Positions 51,380 to 60,682 of a stretch of DNA of 64,000 nt are shown piece after piece. The notes beneath the pieces are model-generated. The model did not search any database and had not been told where the DNA came from. It saw only the letters and a program-made list of their open reading frames with translations. The stretch is from an uncultured virus (IMG/VR IMGVR_UViG_3300035071_000047) (lineage: Duplodnaviria > Heunggongvirae > Uroviricota > Caudoviricetes). The stretch lies in IMG/VR virus record IMGVR_UViG_3300035071_000047. The stretch is one strand, 5' to 3'. Each line of letters begins with the position of its first letter. Position 1 is the stretch's first letter. The position numbers were made by a program, and so were the translations under genes.

Positions 51380-51384
51380 TCGTC

Positions 51385-52143
51385 ATGACGGCCCAGGTCT
51401 CCCCGGTTCGCTCGCGCGCGGTCACGAAGCTCGTCCACGGTTGGTCGCCCGACAGTGTCCAGTACCAGGCCAGCTCCGGTGGCTACGCGTGGACGCCCGA
51501 GGACTACGCGACGCTCGAGAGCCTGTCGCGGGCGCGCGGCGTGGACCCGACCGTGCCCGCGCTCCTCTTCCTCGAAGAGAGCAGCCTGAATCCGCACCAA
51601 CCAGGTCCTCCCGGCAGCGGCGTCGCAGGACTCAACCAGACGCTCCCTGGCCACGTCGGCGTACCCACGGCGCAGTGGCTCACGATGTCCGCCGCGGAGC
51701 AGATGCCGCGCATCTTCGCGTGGTGGGACAAGCAGGTGCAGTGGCCGGTGTCGGCGGGGACGCTCCTCGCCCTGAACTTCCTGCCCGGGCAGTTCGCGAA
51801 CGTCGGCGCCGCCGCGAACCCGAACGCCGTCCTCGCGGGGATCAACGGTCCCTACGCGAGCTACTACGGCGACAACAGCTCGCTCGATCCCCAGCACACG
51901 GGGGTCATCACGCCGGCGACGTGCGGGCTGCGCCTGCAGAACGTGGCCGCCGCCTCGAGCAAGTGGAGGGCGTTCAAGGCGAACCTCTCCCAGTCGAATC
52001 CGGCGCCGACCCCGTTCGACTGGGGCCGCGTCGCCCTCGTCGCGGTCGGCGGGGTCGTCCTCGGCGGGGCCGCCTACCTCGTGACGCACGCGCCGCCGCG
52101 ACCCATCCGAAAACGCCGACCGATGCGACGCGCGTACGCATAG
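51385..52143 (+). CDS. Lytic transglycosylase/lysozyme-like protein with C-terminal membrane anchor
   Basis: LEESSLNP...AGLNQTLP...MSAAEQ...NFLP...YGDNSSLDPQHTGVIT; C-terminal VALVAVGGVVLGGAAYLV followed by a basic tail. Confidence 0.7.
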   Translation: MTAQVSPVRSRAVTKLVHGWSPDSVQYQASSGGYAWTPEDYATLESLSRARGVDPTVPALLFLEESSLNPHQPGPPGSGVAGLNQTLPGHVGVPTAQWLTMSAAEQMPRIFAWWDKQVQWPVSAGTLLALNFLPGQFANVGAAANPNAVLAGINGPYASYYGDNSSLDPQHTGVITPATCGLRLQNVAAASSKWRAFKANLSQSNPAPTPFDWGRVALVAVGGVVLGGAAYLVTHAPPRPIRKRRPMRRAYA

Positions 52144-52332
52144 CAAAGGAGAGAAGCAGGTGAAGAGAGTCATCGACGTGGTCCCGGAGTCCGACCTCGA
52201 AGCCGCGCAGCGACGCAAGCGAGAGTCCGACGAGGCGATCGCGGAGGGTCGCCCGACCCTCAAAACGAACGTCCTCGGCGTCAAGCTCGCGCAGTCGCTC
52301 CTCGCCAAGAGCGTCAAGAAGAAGGGGGCCTG

Positions 52333-52550
52333 ATGGCTAGACTGACTTCGTCGCAGCGTACGTTTACGCGGACGTTAGTGGATCGCGCCGGACGCTCCGT
52401 CGTGGTGCGCGTCGTGATCGACGAAGGGAAGCTCTCGACCGCGTCATCGCTCGGTTGGCCAACAAAGTACGAAGCTCATCGACACAGAGGTCGGCCGTAG
52501 CCGCCGACGGCGTCATCCGCGTCACGATCGAGCAAGATCCGGCGCGATAG
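52333..52550 (+). pseudogene. Possibly frameshifted small gene
   Basis: Removing 2 nt at CTCTC (52432-52436) joins MARLTSS...IDEGKL to DRVIARLANKVR...EQDPAR*. Confidence 0.3.
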
Positions 52551-52583
52551 ACACCGCGACCGTTCTGCGCCTATCCTCCGAGG

Positions 52584-53522
52584 ATGAACGCTGCCCAACC
52601 CAAAACGTTCGGCCTCGGCTGGGTCAAGGACGCGTCTCACAAGCGGACGCAGAAGAGCAGCTACGAGCTGCTCGGTACCTCTCCGGTCGTCCCCGCAGCG
52701 AGCTCGCTCGAACAGTACGAGGCCGCGTGCCTCGACCAGGGTCGGAGCGGGTCGTGCGGCGGGCACGGGACCGCACAAGCCATCTTCGTCTCCTGCGCCG
52801 CGGCCCGCAAGCCGCTCCTCTGGACGCCGAGTCCCAGGGGGGTCTACGCCATCACGCGCCAGATCGCGCGCATCCAAGGTCTGCCCGCGAATGCACCCCT
52901 CCCAGTGCTCACCGACTCGGGCGTCATGCCGGCGGACATCATGACCGCGGTGACGTGGGGTATCCACAAGATGGCAGCACCGACGCCCGACGGCCGAAAC
53001 TCCGACGTCTGGTCGCTCGACGACGTGCGCGGCCTCCCGAACGCACCGCCCGCCAACGTCAACGACGAGGAGGACATCGCCAGCTTCGAAGCGGACGCGC
53101 TCACCGTCGTCACGGGCGAGTACCGCATCCTCGAGACCGCGAGCGACGTCATCACGCAGATGTGTGCCGCGCTCAGCGGCGTCGGGGCGCTCCAGAACGG
53201 GGTCCCGTGCGCCGTCGGGTTCGGCGGGTTCGTCGACGGGGCCGTCATGGACTGGAAGGCGGGCGACCCGCCGCTCACCAAGTTCGACACGTCGGACCCG
53301 CGCGGCGGCGGCCACTGGTTCTGCAAGTCGAGCTACTCCACCGGCCACTTCAACGGCTACGTCAAGCGCGTCTTCCGCGTCATCAACTCGTGGGGCGCGG
53401 ACTACGGCGACCGCGGCCACTTCGAGGTGACCGAGGACTGGGTCTACCAGCAGGTCCCCATGGGCTGCGACATCTACCCGTTCCACGTCGCCGACGTCTC
53501 ACCGAAGAAGGTGGCCGCGTGA
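52584..53522 (+). CDS. Papain-like (C1) cysteine protease
   Basis: GLGW propeptide-like start, DQGRSGSC (Q, C), GGGHW (H), VINSWGADYGDRGHF (N). Confidence 0.85.
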   Translation: MNAAQPKTFGLGWVKDASHKRTQKSSYELLGTSPVVPAASSLEQYEAACLDQGRSGSCGGHGTAQAIFVSCAAARKPLLWTPSPRGVYAITRQIARIQGLPANAPLPVLTDSGVMPADIMTAVTWGIHKMAAPTPDGRNSDVWSLDDVRGLPNAPPANVNDEEDIASFEADALTVVTGEYRILETASDVITQMCAALSGVGALQNGVPCAVGFGGFVDGAVMDWKAGDPPLTKFDTSDPRGGGHWFCKSSYSTGHFNGYVKRVFRVINSWGADYGDRGHFEVTEDWVYQQVPMGCDIYPFHVADVSPKKVAA

Positions 53523-53911
53523 AGATCCTCCTCGCTACGATCCTCCTCAGCCTCGTCGCCCTCCTCGGCTTCCAGTGCGTCCCGTCGCCCACCGTCCCCG
53601 ACGCGGGTGGCGCGGCGGACGCGGGGTGCGACGACGCGACCCCGCTCGAGGCCAAGAAGTGTCCGCCCTGCAACTGCGCGGCCGACGCAGGGCGCGACGC
53701 AAACCCGTCGCCGGCGCCCGTCGGCGACCTCGCCGACCAGGCGTGCAAGAACATCGCGCAGTGGTGCTCCGAGGGGAGGGCGGCCAACTGCGCCAGCGAG
53801 CTGCGCGCGCTCGCGCCGTCCCGTCTCGTCACGCTCGACCTGAAGGCGTGCGCGGCCGCCAAGAGCGCCGCCGACGTCCGCCGGTGCGGTCCGTTCCACT
53901 GTAACCCGTGA
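53519..53911 (+). CDS. Secreted or lipoprotein-like Cys-rich protein
   Basis: Hydrophobic signal ending in C, DAG repeats, multiple Cys. Confidence 0.65.
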   Translation: MKILLATILLSLVALLGFQCVPSPTVPDAGGAADAGCDDATPLEAKKCPPCNCAADAGRDANPSPAPVGDLADQACKNIAQWCSEGRAANCASELRALAPSRLVTLDLKACAAAKSAADVRRCGPFHCNP

Positions 53912-54455
53912 GGCGGAAGGCGCCTCGAGTGAACACGCGAGACGGCCAGGACGAGTCACCCTCGCTCCTGGCCGTTCTCTTTGAGGTGACACGATGCGTT
54001 GGCGACGGAGGCGGCACCAGAAGGCCCGCCGGACGATGCGGGAGGCGCGCGCCGCCCAGGACCGACGGTGGATCGCCCACGTGCGCGACGCCGAGCTCCA
54101 CGAGACGACCCTCCTGCAGATGGCGCTCTACGACGCGCCCATCCACGGCTTTTTCCATCCCGATGACGTACCCTACATCGTCGACGACCTGCCGTTGACG
54201 ACGAACGATCGAGTCTTTCACCAGGAGCACGCGCGATGAAGTTCTGCATCCCCATGTACCCCATCGTTGAAGCTAGAGACGCCGCCGAGGCGGAGGCGAT
54301 CCGAGTGAAGCTCGAGGCGTTCCTCAAGCAGCCACTCATTGTAGCGACCATCAGGGCGCAGGGGGTCCCCATGCAGTCTGCGACGGTTGACAAGCCTTAC
54401 GTCGTCGCCGAGCCCGCGCGCGCGACGGGCGGGCAGCGCAGGTAAGGAGCCTCGA

Positions 54456-55619
54456 ATGAGCAAGGCGCGTCGGGAGACCCTGAAGCTGGTCTCCGTCACC
54501 ATCTCGAACAATTCGTCGACGATCGAGCAGGCCATCACGTCCGTCGCCCCGCACGTCGACGAGGTCGTCCTGATCGACACGGGGATCACGGACGACACGA
54601 AGGAGCGCGTCGTCGTCGCGGCCGAGGCGACGCCGGTCCGCGTCGTGAAGTACCAGTGGATCGAGGACTTCGCCGACGCGCGCAACTTCGCGCTGCGCAT
54701 GGCCAAGACGTCCGACGCCCAGTGGGCGCTCATCGTGGACTCGGACGAGTGGCTCACGTTCCCGAACGGGATCGACCTCAAGGCGCGCCTGCGCGAGGTC
54801 CAGCAGACGAGCGACCGCGTCGTCCACGTCCCGGACGAGATCCGCAGCTACCACAAGATCCGGTTCATCCGCGTCCCCGCGACCAAGGCGTTCGTCGGCA
54901 GGACGCACGAGGTCTACCCGGGCACCGGCCCGCGCTGGGAGGACGTGACGTTCGGCGAGCACGTGAAGACGTCCGAGCAGTTCCAGCGCAAGTTCGAGCG
55001 CGACGAGCGCATCCTCATGGAGGAGACGGCTGCCGCCCCGGCCGACCAACGCTGGTGGTACTACCTCGGCGACACGCGCAAGAACCTGAAGAAGATCGAC
55101 TCTGCGCTGGCTGCGTACATCAAGGCGGGGCAGTGTGACGGGTGGGACCAGGAAGGCGCGTGGGCCTGGTACCAGGCCGCGTGGATCTACGGCGAGAAGA
55201 AGGACAGCGCGCGCGCGCTGTGGGCGTGTCAGGAGGGACTGCGTCGCCACCCAGGGATCGCGGAGCTCGCGTGGACCGCCGCCCACTTCTGCTACTGGCT
55301 CGGTCGCTACCACCACGCCGTTTCGTACGCCAGCGCGGCGGTCGCGCTCGGGATGCACGCGGGGTGCGCGGGCGCGCTCGACCGCACCGGCTTCCAGTGG
55401 GCGCCCGCGCTCTGGGAGAAGCCGTACGAGGTGCTCATGTACGCGTACGAGAAGATGGGCCAGCCCGCGCTCGCCGCCGAGGCCGCCGAGCTGTTTCACC
55501 AGGCGATCGCGGCGCGCGAGACCCACCAGCCGAAGTTTCAGCCCGCGACGACGACGACCAAAGTGTCCATGAGCGATGCGATCCTGCGCTCAGTCGCGGA
55601 AAACGCGCAGACCGGGTAG
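54456..55619 (+). CDS. Glycosyltransferase family 2 with C-terminal TPR
   Basis: DEVVLIDTGITDDT, WIEDFADARNFAL, LIVDSDEW (DxD), GRTHE, RWWYYLG TPR helices. Confidence 0.88.
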   Translation: MSKARRETLKLVSVTISNNSSTIEQAITSVAPHVDEVVLIDTGITDDTKERVVVAAEATPVRVVKYQWIEDFADARNFALRMAKTSDAQWALIVDSDEWLTFPNGIDLKARLREVQQTSDRVVHVPDEIRSYHKIRFIRVPATKAFVGRTHEVYPGTGPRWEDVTFGEHVKTSEQFQRKFERDERILMEETAAAPADQRWWYYLGDTRKNLKKIDSALAAYIKAGQCDGWDQEGAWAWYQAAWIYGEKKDSARALWACQEGLRRHPGIAELAWTAAHFCYWLGRYHHAVSYASAAVALGMHAGCAGALDRTGFQWAPALWEKPYEVLMYAYEKMGQPALAAEAAELFHQAIAARETHQPKFQPATTTTKVSMSDAILRSVAENAQTG

Positions 55620-55629
55620 ACTGAGGCTC

Positions 55630-57243
55630 ATGCGTGCACATCTCGTACGGGCTGGCCAGCAGGCAAACGCGTGGTCGGCAGGGCTCAACGGTTGCGCTCC
55701 ACCGGGGATGTTCGACGACGACACCGTCATCGCCGCCGCGGCCAACTGTGGAGCCAGCTACGCCCAGGCCAACGCCGCGACGATCGGCGCCGTCTTCGGA
55801 CAGGCGTTCGTCGACGCTGCTAAAGCGTACGGCCTCACCATGGGAGCGCTGGCCGCCGTGGGTACGGCCGCGGCCTTCGGTGTCCCGTGGGCCGAGGCGT
55901 CCATCATCCTCGCTGGTAACGTGTGTTCGGAGCTCCTTGGAGCCGTAGGTATCATCGTCGCTGGCGCAAACTCCATCCCGATCGTCGGAACGATCGTCGG
56001 CGCCATCGTCGCCCTCATCGCGGGCTTCGCGTCGCTCATCCACACCTGCTCCGTCCAGATCACGAACGGCAACACGTACCACTGCGACGACTACATCAAC
56101 ATCAACCTGCGCAACGCGACCGACTGGCTGAAACAGGCCAAGTCGAAGGACCTCGTCGGCAAACGACCCGTCTGGATGGCCAACCAGTTCGACCTCTTCC
56201 TCGCGAACCCGGTGTGGATGTACAACAACCAGCAGCTGCTCGCGATCTCACAGCCGCCGCCGCCCGACCCGAACGACACGGGCGGCCCTGGACCCATCTA
56301 CTACCAGATGCCGGGCGCGTTCGAGCTGCTCAACCGAGCCCAGATCGCCATCGCAACTCAGGTTGTGGCTGCCACCCCGGGGCAGCTACCGTTCTGGAAG
56401 AACGTCCCGTACCCAGGGCTTTTGATCCCGAACCCTGACGCCGATTGGCAGCCGGGGGGGAACGAACCTGGAATCCTGACGACCTGGCAACCGGGGAAGA
56501 TCACGACTCAGCTCGACCCGTCCAACCCGCTGGGTGGAACGCAGACGTCGACCTACGAGGCGTGCCCGTACCTCACGAACTTCCCCGAGGGCGTCAACCT
56601 GACCGCCGGCATGTACATGCTCCAGATCATGTACCCGGCTCTCACCAAGAGCCAGTGCGACAAGATCTTCGCCACCGTCCAACCGATGTACGACGACGTT
56701 CGGTCGCAGGCGATGTCGTGGGCCAACACGCAGTGCCCGTGCCCCTACTTGCCAGACCTCGGACCCGGCTCGTCGTGGAACCTGACGGTCGAGGACGCGA
56801 CGGCCGTCATCAACGCGTGGACGGGTCCCCTCGACGGAAGCTGCGTCTCGGCCCCTGGACCGAAGATGGCGATCCTGCAGGCGCTCGCGGACGTCCAGTG
56901 TCCAGCTCCGACCGCCACCCAGGTCCAGGCGCTGGACAAGAGCGGGACCCTCAGCGACTCCGACGCGCAGGTGATCGTCCAGCGCTGGTCGTACGAGGGC
57001 AGGGGGGCGTGCGTCGGCGGTCGCGTCGTGGAACCCGCGGCGTCCTCCGCGGCGACGAAGGTCGCAAAGACGGCCGCGGTCGCCGCGGGCGTCGGAGCGC
57101 TGGGCGTCCTCGCCTTCGCGCACGTGAACCACATGACGTTCGTCGGGGCCGCGCGCCACCTCGGGTCGAAGGTCGCCACCGGGACGGAGCGGCTGGCCAA
57201 GAAGGTCTTCCCGCCCGCGCACCGACTGAAGAGGGCGAGGTAA
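55630..57243 (+). CDS. Putative virion or membrane protein
   Basis: Hydrophobic N-terminal helices (IPIVGTIVGAIVALIAGF), Pro/Cys-rich body, C-terminal TM plus basic tail. Confidence 0.6.
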   Translation: MRAHLVRAGQQANAWSAGLNGCAPPGMFDDDTVIAAAANCGASYAQANAATIGAVFGQAFVDAAKAYGLTMGALAAVGTAAAFGVPWAEASIILAGNVCSELLGAVGIIVAGANSIPIVGTIVGAIVALIAGFASLIHTCSVQITNGNTYHCDDYININLRNATDWLKQAKSKDLVGKRPVWMANQFDLFLANPVWMYNNQQLLAISQPPPPDPNDTGGPGPIYYQMPGAFELLNRAQIAIATQVVAATPGQLPFWKNVPYPGLLIPNPDADWQPGGNEPGILTTWQPGKITTQLDPSNPLGGTQTSTYEACPYLTNFPEGVNLTAGMYMLQIMYPALTKSQCDKIFATVQPMYDDVRSQAMSWANTQCPCPYLPDLGPGSSWNLTVEDATAVINAWTGPLDGSCVSAPGPKMAILQALADVQCPAPTATQVQALDKSGTLSDSDAQVIVQRWSYEGRGACVGGRVVEPAASSAATKVAKTAAVAAGVGALGVLAFAHVNHMTFVGAARHLGSKVATGTERLAKKVFPPAHRLKRAR

Positions 57244-57245
57244 CG

Positions 57246-57569
57246 ATGGGTACATGGGGAACGAAGCCACTCGACAGTGACGACGCAGGAGATCTGGTAG
57301 ACAAGATCGCCCACCCGCTCATCCGGAACATCGAGCGCGTCGCCACGAGTCGATCGCGGGACATGTCGGACGAGTACCAGACGGCTCGCGCATCCATCGA
57401 GATCCTCGTCCGCATGGACCAGGGGTTTCGCGGCTTCAAGAAGGAAGCCGTCTTGGCGCTCCGCCGGATGCTCGACGACGCAGAGTGGATCGAGGCGTGG
57501 AAGAGACCGAAGGAGATCCGATCCGAGTTGATGCGTCAGCTCCAGATCGTACAGCGTGCGAGGGACTGA
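57246..57569 (+). CDS. DUF4259-like protein
   Basis: MGTWGTKPLDSDDAGD N-terminal signature. Confidence 0.65.
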   Translation: MGTWGTKPLDSDDAGDLVDKIAHPLIRNIERVATSRSRDMSDEYQTARASIEILVRMDQGFRGFKKEAVLALRRMLDDAEWIEAWKRPKEIRSELMRQLQIVQRARD

Positions 57570-57733
57570 ATGCCCACGTACTTAGCGCTCGGTCCCGTCT
57601 GTCTTCGTCACCCGTACGCGCTGCCGCACGCAGGCCCATTCGCGTGGACATGCCTCTTCTGCAGGCGCGAGCTGGGCAACAAGAAACCAGATCAGAACGG
57701 GAATGTTCGGTACCACTCAAGACTCGAGTCGAC

Positions 57734-58225
57734 GTGAGCCTCAACTCCATCCAGGGCACCCTCGTGAACGTCCGCGCGCAGGCCGACGACGCGCAGAGCC
57801 TCGTCGACGCGGGCGACAGGGAGCCCTCCGACAAATCCGCGATCGACGACTACCGCAGGGCCGCGAGCCGCGCGGACACGGTCGCCACGCTCTGCCAGAA
57901 CGTCACCGGGATCGTCGTGCAGGAGGTCCCGTCGACGGCGGGGTACGACGCGGCCGTCGCGAGCGAGGTGGACGCCGCCTCCGCGAGCGACTCCGAGGCG
58001 GGCCACGCGACCACACGAGCCGCCGCCCGCGCGGCGGCCGTCGCCGGTGTCGCCGCTGCCAGGAGCGCCATCAGCTACGCCACCGCGGCCGCGAGCAAAG
58101 TGCCCGCGACCCCGCGGGTCACCGTCGGGTGGTTCGCGGCGGCCGTCGTCGTGGTCGCCGCGGGAGCCTTCGTGTTCGCCAAGTACCGCCCGAAGAGGAC
58201 CGTGCCCCGGATAGCGTACCCATGA
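57734..58225 (+). CDS. Ala-rich protein with C-terminal membrane anchor
   Basis: GWFAAAVVVVAAGAFVFAKYRPKR. Confidence 0.6.
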   Translation: MSLNSIQGTLVNVRAQADDAQSLVDAGDREPSDKSAIDDYRRAASRADTVATLCQNVTGIVVQEVPSTAGYDAAVASEVDAASASDSEAGHATTRAAARAAAVAGVAAARSAISYATAAASKVPATPRVTVGWFAAAVVVVAAGAFVFAKYRPKRTVPRIAYP

Positions 58226-59097
58226 GCGCCTTCGAATCGTTCGTCTCCAGGGCGAAGCTGGCCCCCGTCCTGTCGGTGCAGCACGAGATCGAACTCCTGC
58301 GCCGCGCGAAGTCAGGCGACGCGCGCGCCCTCGACTCGGTCGTCCAGTCCAACTTCCGGTACGTCCTGCAGATCGCCCGGAGGGTCCCGCGCCGTGGCGT
58401 CCCGATCGAGGACCTCGTGTCGGAGGGGAACGTCGCGCTCGCTCACTCCATCCCACGGTTCGACTGCGACCGCGGGTTCCGGCTCATCACGTACGCATCG
58501 CGGTACATCTTCGCCCGCATGAACGAGTACGTCCGCGTGCGACGCGACGGGCTCGTCGGGGGTCTCGGCTCCGGGACGATCCGCTACCGAGCCTTCTACA
58601 AGGTCAAGCGCCACAGCTCCCAACTCGAGGCGCTCGGGCTGTCGAAGGACGAGGTCGTCCACCGACTCTCCGAGTCGTTCGGGGTGAAGGTGTCCGAGGT
58701 CGAGAAAGTTCTCGCCCGTCACGCCGTCGCCTTCCTCTCGACCGCGACCGTCGTCAGCACCGACAGCAGCACAGGCAAGAGCGTCACGATCGAAGATCAG
58801 ATCGCGGACGACGGGCCGACCGCAGACGAGCGGATCGCGCAGACCCAGGACGTCATTCGTACCGCCGTCCAGGTCCACACCGCGCTCCAGACCCTCACGG
58901 ATCGCGAGCGCACGATCGTCCGATCTCGGCACATGGAGGAGACGGGTCGATCGCTCTCGGATCTCGGGCGCGAGCTCGGTCTGTCCAGTGAGCGCGTTCG
59001 TCAGATCGAGGTCGTCGCCCTGGGCAAGATGCGTCGGTTCCTCGAGAGATCTCGTCGGTCGCGCCCGACGGAGCGAGTGGTACGCTTGGCGGTATGA
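58222..59097 (+). CDS. RNA polymerase sigma-70 family factor (RpoH/RpoD-like group)
   Basis: Region 2 SNFRYVLQIARR...EDLVSEGNVAL...RFDCDRGFRLITYA; region 4 LTDRERTIV...SLSDLGRELGLSSERVRQIEVVALGKMR. Confidence 0.92.
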   Translation: MSAFESFVSRAKLAPVLSVQHEIELLRRAKSGDARALDSVVQSNFRYVLQIARRVPRRGVPIEDLVSEGNVALAHSIPRFDCDRGFRLITYASRYIFARMNEYVRVRRDGLVGGLGSGTIRYRAFYKVKRHSSQLEALGLSKDEVVHRLSESFGVKVSEVEKVLARHAVAFLSTATVVSTDSSTGKSVTIEDQIADDGPTADERIAQTQDVIRTAVQVHTALQTLTDRERTIVRSRHMEETGRSLSDLGRELGLSSERVRQIEVVALGKMRRFLERSRRSRPTERVVRLAV

Positions 59098-60014
59098 CGA
59101 ACCGCTGGCTCGACAAGGCGACGATCTACACGGCCGCGTACGCGCGTGTGTTCGGTGCGGCACCCAGCCGACACGGCGTCATGTTCGGCCTGTCGGTCGC
59201 CGAACACGAGACTCGCTGCGGCGACGCGCTCGGCGGCAACTGGGGCGGCACGACCGCGGGCCAGCTCACCCCCTACGACCGCGCTGCCCTGCGAGCGGCG
59301 GGACTTTCGCCGTCCAACGAGGCCGACCTGCCCAAGGCGCAAGCTCTCCTCGGTCCGCGACCCAACATGATCCTCGGTCGCGACACGTCGGCCCAGAGCG
59401 GGTGGTACTGGATCTGGTTCTTCCATCCGGCCACGCCCGTCGATGGCGCCGCGTACTTCGTGAAGGTGCTGCTGCAGCAGCGACCCGCCTGTCGCGCCGT
59501 CGTCGACGACCCGACCGGGACGCTCGACGCGCTCGCGCGCGCCATGTACGCCTCGCACTACTTCCTCGGGGTCTTCAACCCGCACGCCGTCGTCACCTAC
59601 AAAGGCAAGCAGATGCCGGGAGACGAGGCGAACATCGAGGCGTACCGCGACGCGATCGTCGCGATCGAGCAGGTCATCGAGGAGAGCCTCGCGGGCTGGG
59701 TCCCCAACGGACCGACGACTGTCCCGACGGAGCCGCCGTTCGACCTGTACGAGGTGATCGGCTACCAGGCGGCCCTCACGTGGCTCGCGCGGAAGATGGG
59801 TCACCCCGAGTTCGATCCGAGAGGGGTCGACGGCGACGCGGGGACCAAGACGCGCGCCGCCGTCCACGAGTTCCAGACCTACGTCCGCCTCCCGATCGCC
59901 CTGACCCCGGCTGCGGGACACATGGACGAGTCCACGCGCATCGCGCTCGTGAAGGCGATCGAGATGGCGTCGCCCGCCACGACACCAGCGCCGCCTCCCA
60001 TCCCATCGACCTGA
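59094..60014 (+). CDS. Endolysin-like protein: putative lysozyme-fold domain plus peptidoglycan-binding domain
   Basis: AEHETRCG...NWGG...DGAAYFVKVL...LARAMYASHYF; C-terminal YQAAL...GVDGDAGTKTRAAVHEFQ...GHMDESTRIAL. Confidence 0.7.
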   Translation: MTNRWLDKATIYTAAYARVFGAAPSRHGVMFGLSVAEHETRCGDALGGNWGGTTAGQLTPYDRAALRAAGLSPSNEADLPKAQALLGPRPNMILGRDTSAQSGWYWIWFFHPATPVDGAAYFVKVLLQQRPACRAVVDDPTGTLDALARAMYASHYFLGVFNPHAVVTYKGKQMPGDEANIEAYRDAIVAIEQVIEESLAGWVPNGPTTVPTEPPFDLYEVIGYQAALTWLARKMGHPEFDPRGVDGDAGTKTRAAVHEFQTYVRLPIALTPAAGHMDESTRIALVKAIEMASPATTPAPPPIPST

Positions 60015-60128
60015 TCTCGCTCGAGATCCGAGCGACCTCCTCGGGCTCGCAAGGGGGCTCCGTGTGAGGTACTCTGCCATGAGGTCCGCCGCACGCCGCG
60101 TCGAGCGACCGCATCGAGGAGAAGGTTC

Positions 60129-60563
60129 ATGCGCTACGTCAAGATCCCGCAGGACGTCGTCGTGGTCATCAAGGGAGCCCCCGTCCCGGTCCCTCAAGGA
60201 CAGCCCCAGCCGCCGCCCGTCGTGCAGACGATCCCGGTCGCGTTCGCAGCCTGCCTCGGCTCGTGGCTCGACGACCGACGCGTGGGCCGCAGCCACCAGA
60301 CGCTCCGGTACGCGGCGCGCATCGACAACAAGATGCAGAACCTGAACCCCGGCGACGAGCTCGTACTCGAGGACACCGAGTGGGCGTTCCTCTGCGAGAT
60401 CGTCCGCGAGCGAGAGATGGGCAACGAGTACAACGTGCCGCTCATGCGGCGCGCGATGGTGATGCTCGACGCCGTCCTCGACGCGCCCAACGACGAGGAG
60501 AAAGCGGCGAAGAAGACCGCGACCAACTCCGAGACGAAGACGGCCGTCGCTCAGCCTGACTGA
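60129..60563 (+). CDS. Hypothetical protein, possible fibre chaperone
   Basis: GAGGAG RBS; directly upstream of the fibre-like gene. Confidence 0.6.
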   Translation: MRYVKIPQDVVVVIKGAPVPVPQGQPQPPPVVQTIPVAFAACLGSWLDDRRVGRSHQTLRYAARIDNKMQNLNPGDELVLEDTEWAFLCEIVREREMGNEYNVPLMRRAMVMLDAVLDAPNDEEKAAKKTATNSETKTAVAQPD

Positions 60564-60682
60564 CCCAATGATCCTCTCTCGGTCCACAATCTCGCGACCG
60601 CGCCGGACGCTCGTCCGTCGCGGTCGCTCGTGGATCGCCTCGTCTCGACCCACGCCTCGACTGACCACGAAGGAGAACTGCG

